From contig JAQGDQ010000027.1 of assembly GCA_030141605.1 (NCBI GenBank), positions 124,001-188,000 on the forward strand: DNA of 64,000 bases. Reading direction: 5' to 3'. Positions 12,916-24,763 of this stretch are shown in pieces. Made by a program: the position numbers and the translations under genes. Origin of the DNA: Tubiluchus corallicola (lineage: Eukaryota; Animalia; Priapulida). The notes below the pieces were generated by a model that worked only from the letters and a program-made list of their open reading frames with translations, did no database searches and was not told the DNA's origin. Each line of letters starts with the position of its first letter. The first letter of the stretch is position 1.

Positions 12916-13291
12916 TTAAACCCGCCTTCAGCCCGGTTTCTTGCCTTTCTAAGGAACTCTCAATTTCCCTTCAATATCATCACCAAACGCCTCTATAGGA
13001 TGTTTATTTTTTACACGGTTTTCTTCTAGAAACGGTGTAATCGGGAAGCGAAAACCTTCAAAGTGGCTGTTTTTACTCATTACCGGACCACCATATAAAA
13101 AAACATCCTGGGGCGTTTGTTTTAGAGGGTTTTTGGAGGGAAATGTGTGGCTCTTTTGAAAGAAGAGAAATTGGGCTACACGGTGATGAGCACCTCTTTC
13201 ACAAGCACCTCTGCCAGGATGAAGTGCTATGAGTTGGTTTGGGGGGACGTTTTTCATTCTGAAAACTGGCATAAACGGGCATGAAAGGTTA
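12916..13291. mobile_element. Palindromic MITE with piggyBac-like (TTAA-CCC) termini
   Basis: Left ttaaacccgccttcagcccggtttcttgcc matches the reverse complement of the right end, taacctttcatgcccgtttatgcc. Internal inverted segment caaacgcctctataggatgtttatttttt / aaaaaaacatcctggggcgtttg. Confidence 0.65.
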
Positions 13292-13842
13292 CCGGTTACG
13301 AGCTAATTTAGGGAACCCTTTTGGACGGCATATACATTTCTGGTTTTAGTACAGGCTTCCACTATGCATACAGACCTGGCATAATCAGTCTTCATGCATA
13401 CTCTTTGTGCGCATAATTATACCAAATATTTTTATCTTGCAATTTACAAAGGTTAATGCATTTTATGACATTGCTTTTACTCATACCGACAACTGAAAGC
13501 ATTGCAGAGTTTTTAACACACGTGTTTAGTCTTTGTTGCAACTAGCGTTTTAATTCTCTCGAGTTTTCTCGTTACGCATTTCACGTTAAATTCCACTCTG
13601 CCATTATTATGTCCTCCCAGGAGGCCATTTCTTCGTGTTTCAGTCTTTGTAAATTGTACGTTTATTTGTAAAATATTCCGTGTGATGTGTGGTTGTATTG
13701 CTCTTAAGTGCATAGCTGTAATATAGGCATGCAAACTGGATGTGCAGCTATGTAGAGTAATCGACGTTTCTGCTTTTCAAACGTTTTGCGTTACATACAC
13801 ATTCATATAATCAGACAGCTTATTACGTTTTATGGCCTAGCG

Positions 13843-14040
13843 AAGTCACAGGTGAAAAGTCACAGAAAAAAGGCACAGGAGGAAAGTCACAGGAAAAAAC
13901 CCTAACCCTAATCCTAACCACTAACCCTAACAATAACCCTAACCAAAAGTAACTGTGACTTTTCCTGCATGTGGCTTTTTCTAGCTAAAATTGTGACTTT
14001 TTCCTGACTTTTTTTCCTGTGACTTTTTTACCGGTTACCC
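13843..14040 (+). mobile_element. MITE with aaaagtcaca arms and a CCCTAA-like core (family A, copy 2)
   Basis: Tandem aaagtcacag units on the left, inverted ctgtgacttt units on the right, core ccctaaccctaatcctaaccactaaccctaacaataaccctaacc at 13900-13944. Confidence 0.8.
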
Positions 14041-14641
14041 CAAAGACCACCAAACTTAAAAACGCGCATTTTGAAACATATCCATTTTGTAACCAACTGT
14101 AGAATTGAACTGACTGGTGTGGATTTGGAATTGAATTGAATTAAACTGAACTGTAGTATATTAGCATTCAGCACTGCACTAAGTTAACTTAGCACTGTAG
14201 AGGTCTGCATTTTTTATTTATTTATTTTTCTGGTAAGTGAGCAGATAAATCTGCAATTATACCCCTAATTATAGTATATGCACATTATTGACATTATTCA
14301 AACTAAAGCTGGAGGAACAGACAAACAACCACGTTATGACAGCCATCTTACTTCCTGTAGGATATGACCTGACAATAACCTATATATACACAAATAAATA
14401 GGCTTCATGAGCCTCATATATGATTAGTGTTGAAAGCTTAACGCTGTTATCATCAATAATTCACGAATTGGTGTTATCTGTATTATACTAACTGGCACAC
14501 TTGTGCTACGCAACGAAAATCCAATAGACAGGTGCAACCTATCACATTGTATTGTTTTAACACGTCATGAGGGTTAGGCATAACAGTAAAAAATGGTGTA
14601 GATTTCAATGTCAGTTACGCTGAGTGAGTCTGCGGATTTAC

Positions 14642-14769
14642 CCGCGAGTTCAGGCTCAGAAGCAATTTTAATCCCAAGCACTAGAGTCCCAGGACCGGTA
14701 CAGGCTTTTCTGGCCATCAGCTCTCTGGGTTTGTCAAGCGTGAGATTTAATTCAGCAATCACTTCTATA
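14642..14769 (-). CDS. Candidate internal coding exon (IEVIAELNLTLDKPRELMARKACTGPGTLVLGIKIASEPELA) of an unknown protein
   Basis: On - strand: acceptor ttttacag (plus 14770-14771 ct) and donor G|GTAAAT. Length 128 nt with exactly one open frame (phase 2 in, phase 1 out) and higher GC than the flanks. No partner exons established. Confidence 0.35.
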
Positions 14770-16159
14770 CTGTAAAAAATGTAAAACTAGAAACAACCAT
14801 GTTATATGAGAAACAATATTATATGTAAAAGTGCGTACACAATTATAGAATTAACTCGTGCAATTTTTGACTTGAAAGTCACGTTTGTTCTAGAATCTAG
14901 ATTATTGAAATGCCAACAATAGCTACCGAATCAATTACCATGATATTCTTTATGTCAAGAATCAACCAACTTTTACGGAAAATCCCACGATATTATTTAC
15001 AAAAAATTACAATAATATGTAATAATCGAATATTTTAGACCAACATTGTCAAATTTTAATGCAAATGCGCATCATTGCTGTAATTAAACCTGAGGACAAT
15101 GTGTTAAAAGCCTGAAAGTTCTAACGCTCGTACATGGAAAATTCCAATAACTAAGGCATAATCTTTCAGGACCTAACCGATCGTTACCCAAACATAATTA
15201 AAACATCTACATTCTGTGATATTTACATGACATGGGGAAAAACTGTCTTTCCTAATTAACTGCTTCATAGCTAGTTAGTCATACCTGTGCTAGTTATAAT
15301 ACCTGCATGCAAAGTGCCATAAAAATGCCTAAATCAGATATAGCCTGCAGCTGCGAACAGCGCGAACACAAGACGTGTAATGATGTGTGTCTTACATGTA
15401 GCGTGCGAGAAAATGTGTAATTTGTCGGAAAATGTAGAAATTTAACACCTGTGGATTTCGAGAATTCTCTCAGCAATTTTACCTGTTTGTTTACCTGTGT
15501 AATACGGTGCGGGAATCCTTCGCCGCAGACAGGTAATCTGATTTCAGGTATGGTGGTTACACTGCTCACATTGATTAGCCTCCATCTGATTTACCGTTTT
15601 CTAAGCAGTTTTCTGCTGTGCATATAAACCACTACGGAAGAGATTTGAAACAGCAGTGGAGAATTCCACAGAAAACGCTTTGCATAAATACTAACACATT
15701 TGTGCAGGCGCAATTTGTCCTAAATTCGATTAGAATTAATTTTGTATTATTAGTTTAAGTTTTACGTTTATTTACAATTGAATATAAATCCAATAGGACA
15801 TAAAGTTTTCGCACTCAACAATACATTACATCAGTTCAAAGCGCAACTGAAAATTCAGGTACGCTGAATTATTATTAAAATATTATCCCCTGGATTACTC
15901 TGGTTCCTTGAATCTTCTGAAGCACAAGCAGTATTACAGATACTCCACTTAGGACACTACGGAAGAACGGCTAAAGAGAACATCCCTGTTTTAGTGACAC
16001 AATCCAGTTGTGCCTAAATGAAATATGAACTTTGTATTTCAAATCACACCTGAAATTTCCTCATATTTCGTAAAAGCACAATAGTCATCTCTCCATCACA
16101 AGCTGAATAATTAATTTTGTCAAAAATTTGTTAATTAATTTTGTTAATTTTGTAATTAA

Positions 16160-16420
16160 AATGGCGTTCAATAAAGCGCAAAATCCTCCTCCAAGGCCCA
16201 ACAGTCCTAAACGTATCAGCGTCAAACAGTAAGGGATTCTTCCTTGCCTCATGTCCCACCCCTCCACAAAGTTTCGTGGTCCCACTCTGGAACAAAGTTT
16301 CGTGGAAGTTTTTGCATACTGCTGACAATCAAGCGCACGAACGAACGATCAAACGAACGAACTGTCAGACAAATAAACAAACAAGCAGCGATGAAATAAC
16401 ATCTCCGACGGGAGGTTAGG
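16160..16420. mobile_element. Non-autonomous Helentron-associated (HINE/DINE-1-like) element
   Basis: Body motif cccctccacaaagtttcgtgg, an (ACGA/ACAA)n microsatellite, and terminal stem-loop ataacatctccgacgggaggtta. This architecture is typical of DINE/HINE elements. Confidence 0.55.
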
Positions 16421-17586
16421 AAAAACAAAGCTGCGCCCAGCATTAGAATTGTAAGTTTTATTTGGGTGTTTATAACAAACAAAATATACGTCAGTAAAAA
16501 AAATAAAGTGCGAACTAAATAAATAACCTCAGGTTTTAACAATCGATTACCTTGACTCTCATTACAGCCTAAATGGAAACGAACATTGTCTGTGTTAAAT
16601 GTTCAAAAAACGCCTAAAGGACCCATCCAGTGTTGATCAAACATTTGAAACCGCGCATTTCTGCTTTAGTTGTGCTCGTATTTGTTCTTTGTGATATTTA
16701 TCTCGTGGGCTCTGTGACTCTCTGTCTGCAATTTTACAAAATGTGAAACTGACTGTCATTTTTAGCTTCAACTTATCTCGCTTGATGCCTTTGGCAAAAT
16801 CGTTCTTTTTGCTCGAATTTTATTCCTGTCGTTTCGTGTGGTGAAGCCTTTTGTTTAATATACAGCAACGGCTTGTTCAGCGTGCGATTTACATAACAGC
16901 CTCTTAACTTTCTAATAACTTGTGTATTTTTCTTCTACTTAAGTACCTGCCCGATGGCTTATGGCAGAGCACGCGTCACCATTTTGTGCGCTAAAATAAT
17001 GAACTGTTTGTGCGTTTAGAATTTAAATATTAGATACTTCTGGCCGTCGGCTGAAATCATAGTAACGCCGATCTTCTGACCGCCATGAACGGAATTAAAT
17101 TCACAGGTATAGAATCTAGAGAAGCCAAACTGTGGCGTTTTGCATCTATGAGTCACTGTCTATTTTAGTCTATCGAAAATAAATACAAAGTAGGGGCTTT
17201 TTGGCCATTCTGCCTTGTTGCAAATTTTCTTTATCTTTGCAAATTTGGTGATTAAATGAACTAACATAAAGTTTAAAATGTTACACAAAAGTAGACGCTT
17301 TTTGGCAAAAACAAAAATAAATGAAATAACCGTAGTTTTGCAGTCTAAAATTAGGGTTCTAGCATTTTTCTTTCTGTGTGAAATAAACTGCCTTCTGCAT
17401 CATAGTTACAAGGCATAAGTGATCCATAAATTGTCGGAAGTTCGTTAAAACAAAACCGGAGCCAATCCTAAGCTGTAGGTCAAAGCAGTCTACTCTTTAA
17501 ATATTGAAAGGAAACGTACTATTTTTTTCAAAAATGGCTTACGTGAAAAAATTATTACCACGCAACACAATTTCACGTTCGCTCCA

Positions 17587-17942
17587 CTAGTTCTTCGCTG
17601 TTACATGCATTTCGCCATTCGCTAGTTAGACGGGCACTAGCGCTTGCATTTCGGAAACGCATTACACAAAAACTGTAGCTGTACCTCTCCGTTCAGATGT
17701 GTTAGTTTCTGACGAATTACGCACTTTCGACAGTACATGCGCGAGTACAGCGGTAAATTTTAAATTTGAATTTTTGTTTTAAAACATGCCTAGCTTTAGT
17801 AGAACACATTGAATATCTTACAGTAGCACTGCACTTCAATTTTCGCTTTCGCAAACACGCGCAACACGCTCGTGGAATACTTTCCCTGATGAAAATTATG
17901 TTAGTTTGTGATGCCATCAACAGTTGGGCTCGCTCCCGTTAA
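17587..17942 (+). repeat. Dispersed repeat family B, copy 1
   Basis: Aligns by eye over about 350 bp with the reverse complement of 24417-24763 (e.g. ctagttcttYgctgttaYatgcatttcgccatt; aaaattatgtt..ttgtgatgccat; ttggScTcgc..ccgttaa). Confidence 0.85.
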
Positions 17943-18636
17943 TTAAGTTCTTTTATTATTTAATATATAAGTTATTATATTTATAATAGCTCCCGTTATA
18001 TAAGTTCTATTATTTAAGTAACAGAAACGCGTTTGTACAAGTGCTTCATACGCAGAGTTTTCTGCGCTGCACATTTTATGGTGTGACATTGACCAGTAAG
18101 TGAAAATACTGGTGTGACTGAGTTTGTTTCAAGGATTCTCCCTTGGGTTATTATAAGCTATTATTACTGCCTGCACGGCAGACCTATGAGCTACAAAAGA
18201 TTGGGATTTGTGTGACAAAAAAAAACAGTGGCTGTTACTGACAGATGTATGCCTTTTTTTTCACGAACTTTTTAGCCGTGCCTGGATTTTTGGGCATTCA
18301 GTCTAATAAACGACTTAACTTTTACTTCCGTGACACAGTTTAAAATCATTCATGACCAAAACGGGATGCACAATGAATATCTCCACATGAAATTCCTGTT
18401 CCTGAAGGCCAGCCCTTTCTCATTAGTTGCTGCTGACCAACGGTCATTAGTAACCACCCTCAGTTCGCCTTCAGCTGACATTCAATGGACGCTGTAGGAT
18501 AGCTTTCTTATCATGGTCATTTCCGACCAAAGGATCGGCCACAAGTAAAGACGAGTTTATAGAATGAATTTAGGTTAATAAGATTACCGATTTGAATGTT
18601 ATAATACGTCCGCATTTTCTTTACAAATTTCTAAAT

Positions 18637-18855
18637 AAAGACAAAGATAAGATTTATATACCGTCGCTCATTTCACAGAAAACGGTAGCATTAACGTCTA
18701 TGTAGCGCCTTACACTTACAACAATAGCGGTAAGGGCGAAATACAGAAATAGCGAATAACATGAAGGGTATGAAGGGTAACATTGGTAGCCGCTAGTATC
18801 GAACTCATGACTGCGCAGTTGCAGTCGGAAATCTAAACCTCTCGGCTACCCAGCC
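18637..18855 (-). mobile_element. tRNA-derived SINE with an L2-like 3' tail
   Basis: Minus-strand head ggctgggtagccgagaggtttaga...gagttcgatactagcgg carries A- and B-box-like motifs. Tail tgtaaggcgcta...gagcgacggtatataaatcttatctttgtc. Confidence 0.65.
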
Positions 18856-19667
18856 CAGGACGACCACGACTGTAATGCATTGCTACAAGGCTCTTATCTT
18901 GAGCAAAGCTTTAATGAAACTAACTGTTGGCAAAAGTTCTTTTCTCTCCCAAAAGAATCTAAGCGCAAAGTATCACATTCACAGTACACTGCGGTACATA
19001 ATACGCATCCATCTCGGGATAAAGAAATAAAAAATTCATAGATTAATCAAATTCAGCAGCTGCAGTAGTGTTTATTGTCATTCAAATTAGACCCATTCCA
19101 GTGAATTAAACACGGCACGCATCTCCCGGTGTATTACGCTTATATGTGTCTTCTTTCACAACCCCGTAAGTAATTTTCGCCGCCTTGGCGCACGCGTCCA
19201 TTTGTAATTGCCATAATTCTCGCAATTCCTTTGTCATTCTCTTTTAATTAATTCGTCTAAGACGACGACAGCATGGGCAACTACATAAAGGTGCTAGTTA
19301 TATACCCCGGACCACCAAACGTGTGATATATAAAGGTCTGTTGGTAGAGAATAACATTCACCGGTACGCGGAACTTGATTTAGAAACACTTACTTGCTTG
19401 GACAAACAGGGTCGTAATATTGATCTTGTTTGTCGTTCGATTATCAAATTGATTTTCTAGTCTTAGTTGAACAGTGCTGTGCATCGTGTGATAATGGATC
19501 AAATAAACAAAGTTAGGGATCGTGTTGAATGCGAAATTGTCGCAGTTTGCGGCAGTGCAAATAGCAATAATCCCAATATTTATCTGCAATTTTTGTTAGA
19601 CGTGATATGAGCCTGCAGTTTGCTTTACATTTGCTTTAATATTCTCTGCAGAGCTGGAGAAATCGTC

Positions 19668-19780
19668 TTATCATCATCGTCATTATGATCATCATTTATC
19701 GTCACTATCGTCATCACCAGCGTTCGGTTGTCACCATTCGTTACCGTCGTCATCATTATCGTCGTCTTCATCGTCGTCGT
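19668..19780. repeat. Degenerate (CAT/CGT)n repeat
   Basis: Directly visible. Confidence 0.85.
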
Positions 19781-19861
19781 TCTCATGCTCCTAATGCTTT
19801 GCGAGAAGCACAGCTGCCATGATTGCTGTTTTTAGTTTTTTTCCTAACCAAACTTTTTCAG

Positions 19862-20095
19862 GAGGCGGAAATTTTGATTCAGCTTGGCAAAGTTGTTTGC
19901 ATTGAGGCCTCGTGGCCATGTGTACCCTATGTGTCAGAATTAACACTCGACCACGGGGAATGCGTTCAACTTTTGTGTGGTCTAATATTTGTGCAGGTTG
20001 GGCGCCCGAAAGAAAGAGTCAACATCACTTACAATTGTATATTTTCAGCGCCTGAAAGCACATGGAAATACATGTTAGTCTAATCAAACAGCAGT
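19862..20095 (+). other. Candidate exon; frame 0 open for 73 codons to TAA at 20081-20083
   Basis: Branch point cctaac (19843-19848), acceptor actttttcag ending at 19861, donor GTGAGT at 20096 (weaker alternative CAG|GTTGGG at 19997). Confidence 0.35.
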
Positions 20096-21557
20096 GTGAG
20101 TTCCCAGGGCAAACAGACCAGTGAAAATTAAACCAATCCCACGGCTTTTTGAGCCACGCTGTGTACACAACAGCACAAACTCATTAGAGTTGCTAAGTCT
20201 TGATCCCAGAAAGTGCATTTCTTCAACTTTACTGAGCATAACTAGTTGCTTTTGCCGAACGGAAAATTGGCTTTCACTAAGACCGGAAAGCATTCAGAAA
20301 TTTAATTACACTTTTTTCCTTACTGAACTTACCTATCGATTTTTATTCATCGACAAGTCAACTAAGCTGTAAACGCTAATTGCCGGGGACTGTTTAAAGA
20401 CGTAATGACCGATGTCCAAATGACAAAAATCTACATTTACCAGTGAGATGGGGTTGAGGATGAGGTCGTCGTATTTGACTTGATTGCTATTATACCTACA
20501 CCTTTATACTAAGTTAGTAAACTGTATTGAACGGAATGCTTGAGAACTGAAATTTGGTCAGCAGGTTAGGGCTTATGGGTCACTTCGCGGTCCTCTTCTC
20601 TTTTTTTTTCAACATTAAATTACTTACATATAAAGGGTACCATGTATGAATCAGTATATAAGTTTTTTAAATTGTTTATGAGCGTTATTTCATGTGATTT
20701 GTTCGACATCCATGGTTAGTTATCTTCCCATGCACTGTGGTCACTGATGACGAGTCGTGTTATGTATAACGTGTGTAAGCCAACTTGGGTCATGTAACAA
20801 CACTGTATTTTATACCACGAGTCATAAAATCTGACCCATTTCTAGGCATTTGCTTTCAGGAAGACTAGATACTACCTACAATAAAAATTTAAATACAATT
20901 GCACAGACTGTTCTCTATTGATTAAAACATCAGTAACCAACCGATTGTCATGCAAATTGTTGTAAATCTTGGTTTGCTGGATGTAGGCATGTGCATTTGC
21001 ATAATTCACAATCGCAAAACAAGTTGTCAGATGCAATAAACACTGGCCTTGCATATTGCACTTGCTCACTTTGGTAGTAAAGTAACATTGGTATACTGAA
21101 TTAATAACTGGGGTTGGACGCTATTTTCGAGTATTGACCATGAATGTGGTTTCAGTTTGTGGTTGTCTCAGCAATATAGTCAGCCAGGACGGCGTGTGGC
21201 CACACACATGATGTGGATGTATTGCATATTACATTACTATGCAATATTAATGCATTATACGCTAATGTTAACATATTAGCAACGTGTAATTGACACAGAA
21301 ATTACTTTTGGTTACATTACATGTATAACATCGTATATTTTTAAACGACTTTCGCGTATTTTTATGTTCGAAACTATTTAGATTTACGGAATTTTAGTAC
21401 ATTTGCAAGTATAACATATGGCGGTGCATTCTTAAGTGAAAGTCACCAAGGAATGTCTGCATGGTGAGATTTCACAAAAACCCACATCAGTCTGAGGTCA
21501 TCAGCAAATCAACTTCCATGCCTCCTCGTCGTGAACATTGTTTTCTTTACATTGCAG

Positions 21558-21672
21558 ACGTATAGCAGGAGGTCTTGAACATCTAAAGAAATTGTCTACT
21601 GGAACTAGACGTGTTTCACACCAGAGCGGTCGTAAATGGGCCAGACTAGGATCTTCTAACAAGTGTTAATGG
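21558..21672 (+). other. Candidate non-coding (5' UTR/lncRNA) exon ending in ATG-G
   Basis: Acceptor ttttctttacattgcag ends at 21557 and donor G|GTAAGT starts at 21673. All three frames contain stops. ATG at 21669. Confidence 0.5.
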
Positions 21673-22154
21673 GTAAGTAGATCTCGTTTTCATGGCTTTT
21701 AGAAAACTTTATAGTTTTAACGCCAAGAAAACAAATTTCACTAACAAACGAGGTCAAGGTTTTTGGCAAACTTTGCAAAACTAATGCTGAATTTCACACC
21801 CATACTGAAAAAAGTAAAATCCCGGAAGAAAGCAAAATTGCATATTCCTGCTGCTAGAAACACAATTTGAGTAATGATTTACTAATGAAAAGAATTTTGT
21901 GCAAATTGAAAAAATGCAGAAAAACTTTGCCATTATCGAAAAAAATACACGTCTGAATAACTCCTACACAAACGACCAGTACGTGTCAAAATTGACAATT
22001 AGACCATGTTTTCAAAGCTAACAAATAATGTGAAATTCTGTTTGTGAAACAAAGCACCAAAGCAAAGTGAATAATGACACTGAAACATGTAGCAAAACCC
22101 ACATTTTCATATTAAGAATGCACAAATTGCACAATTCAAAGTCGACATGTACTA

Positions 22155-22500
22155 TACGTCACAAGGAGCAGAAGCAAATTGACGCTTTTCAAAGACGTCT
22201 CTATAGAAAATTGCCACATATTAAATGGCCTGACAGAATAGCCAATGATGATGTGTATGATGTGGTCAAGAAGAGTCCTTGGAGTAAAGAAATACCAGTA
22301 AGAAAATTATCTCATGAGTCTCCTCTCCCTATAGCATTACGTAAAATTCTATAAAGGACGAAAAAGCCAAGAGGGTGTCAGCTACCGAAGTACTATAGCT
22401 GCTGATATACTGCAACAAGATCTAGGAAATACAACTCTAGATTTGAGGGATGGTGCAGTGGCTATGGACGGAAATGCGTGGCATCAACAGGTGCGTCGTA
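22155..22500 (+). mobile_element. RTE-clade non-LTR retrotransposon 3' ORF relic
   Basis: KQIDAFQRRLYRKLPHIKWPDRIANDDVY..PWSKEIPVRKL, then KKPRG, then LQQDLGNTTLDLRDGAVAMDGNAWHQQV. These match RTE C-terminal motifs (LdaFqrrclRrIlgIkWqDrisNeelY; rgRP; DL..A.DR..Wr). Confidence 0.8.
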
Positions 22501-23619
22501 CCATATTTTAGAACGTAGCAGCACACAGCCACTTGCCAAAACTGATAGCTGGACCCACGTTTATTACGTAAGATATAAGAGATAAGAAATGTATTATAGC
22601 TGTGAACTAATGAAAACTGTCCTAAGTTTTGCATTATCTGACTAACAGCCAAAACATGCGCAATATATTCCTAAATTATAAAAATGTGTTTTAGCCATTT
22701 TTAATTTCGGTGCTTTGTGTTTGTGTTTTTTCTAAAGTTGTTTGACAAAAGGATTTTTACACACGCGGTGGACTGCTTCAACTCAGTACGGTACTTGCTT
22801 GCTAACTAGTCTTACAATTTTCACTCACTCTAATTCTTTTCCTAGAATCATCAATTTATGTACGTGTGCACTAGTGGCAGGTTGCTATATTCAGGAGGTA
22901 TTAACAAAAGTTGTTTTCCACTACTGGTGGATGCAGTTACGTCATTTTGCATTGCGTAATGTCCAACTCATTGATCGTGAAAATTTATGGTCAAATTCAA
23001 ATTCAGATGCAAATACAGATGAGCCTTTAGGAAACTTGTTCTGTCGTTTTTCCTTCTGATTGGCAATTAAACTCACACTCTGCCATTATTGTGCCAAATA
23101 ATTAGTTTAAATCCATTTAATAGTAAAGTTTTATGACCGACGTTGTAAAATCATATTTACTCATTGAATTAAGCTGCAGTAAATCGCACACGTTTCGGCT
23201 ATTATGTTAAATCACAGCTCAATTTGAAATTACCTTAGAATCGGAACATTGGCAAATTATGACTGCATGTCTGAAATCACAACGCGTATATACGCACGAA
23301 ACATTAAAATAAAACTTTAATGTGCAACGCGCAGCGGTTATAAAATGAAATACGAGGGGGAGAACATTATTCTGCAGTTTATTCTTTAGGTTTTGTTCTG
23401 CGTCAATTTATTTTCCATTAATTGTAATTTTGCTGCAAAAGGTTTGTGTGAAATGACCATGTACGTTGGAGGAAGGCAGCTATAACAAACAAAATCAAAA
23501 TTATGATCGTATCACGCGTATGTAGGCGCGGGGGGTCGTGTATTATGCGTTGGCATGCTTAGAAAGGATATAAATGCGGCCTTCTTTAACGATTGATGAT
23601 AGGTGTTTTTTATAAACTT

Positions 23620-23790
23620 ATCTCATGCAACTACAACCGAATATGCCAGATGTGATTCCAGATTACGCTAGGTTAGCTTACACTAGAGCTAGATTATCAT
23701 CTCGCGATTTGTTAGTTGAAAAAAGCAGGTGGGCTCGGATCCCTAGGGATAGGAGAGTGTGTCGATGTTATAAAGTAAGTGTTCAAAGCG
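23620..23790 (+). mobile_element. Non-LTR retrotransposon C-terminal (zf-RVT-type, RTEX/Crack-like) relic, followed by (CAA)n
   Basis: IPDYARLAYTRARLSSRDLLVEKSRWARIPRDRRVCRC matches the motif TRxRLSSHxLxIEKGRWxxIPRExRxCxC. Confidence 0.8.
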
Positions 23791-24416
23791 GCAACAACAA
23801 CACAACAACAACAACAACAACACCAATAAGGCATGTCGAAAAAATTCTTGTATCACTTTGTTTAATGTAAAATGTAAACTTAGAAAATAACAGGTTTAAA
23901 CTAAATCACTGTAAAGTGTTAACCAATACTTTCAGACGTGTTAAATAAACAGCATACAGTCAATAGAATTTCAAAGTTTTTACAGTATGCGTGCCTGCAC
24001 TGTAAAACGTGTTCACAGGTTTTATTATAAGCTTTTATTGAATTCTGTGTTACCAACTTTCACTGACTTATTGGCTGCTGCCATTTTGAAAATGTTTTTG
24101 TAAAACGTTGTTTTAATGTATCCTGACATATTGTCAATATCGGTTTCCAAGAGTTGCTATGTTATTATGATTCTGTAGGAATCATTTTTCTACTGTTCAG
24201 TATGACATTGTCATTAATTTTCAGAAAAACCCAAAATTATGTTTCATACGTGAGCGCATTTATGATACACGAGTTGTGTCTTAATAAATTGCTAAAGGAG
24301 AACAGGAGGATTTTTCATATCCACCTAATTTTGAAGTACGGTAAAAAGTATACATTTTAACACCTATAATAATGCCAAAGCGTTTTTGATATTTAAGTAA
24401 TGTGTTAAAAACTTAG

Positions 24417-24763
24417 TTAACGGCGGGCGAGGCCAACTAGCTAATGGCATCACAAGTAAACATAATTTTGAACGGCGCGAACATTCAATAAGCATGTTGC
24501 ACGTGTTTGCGAAAGGAGAAATTGAAGTACAGAGGTACTGCTCAACATGCACTGTCATACACACAAAAACTCAGCAAACCATGCATTTAAAATTCATATT
24601 TCAAATTTACTCCTGTGCTCACGTATGAGCTGTCTCCAGCATGTGAAGTGTGTACTACATCACAACCGAACACCTTTGAACTGAGAGGTACAGCACCTGT
24701 TTTTGTGCAACGCTTTTCCGAGATATAGCAAATGGCGAAATGCATATAACAGCAAAGAACTAG
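24417..24763 (-). repeat. Dispersed repeat family B, copy 2 (inverted)
   Basis: Reverse complement matches 17587-17942; both copies end at the same TTAA boundary. Confidence 0.85.

Noticed and set aside
12949-13272. 107-aa minus-strand ORF
   Set aside because: Lies wholly inside a palindromic MITE, with no recognisable domain or splice support.
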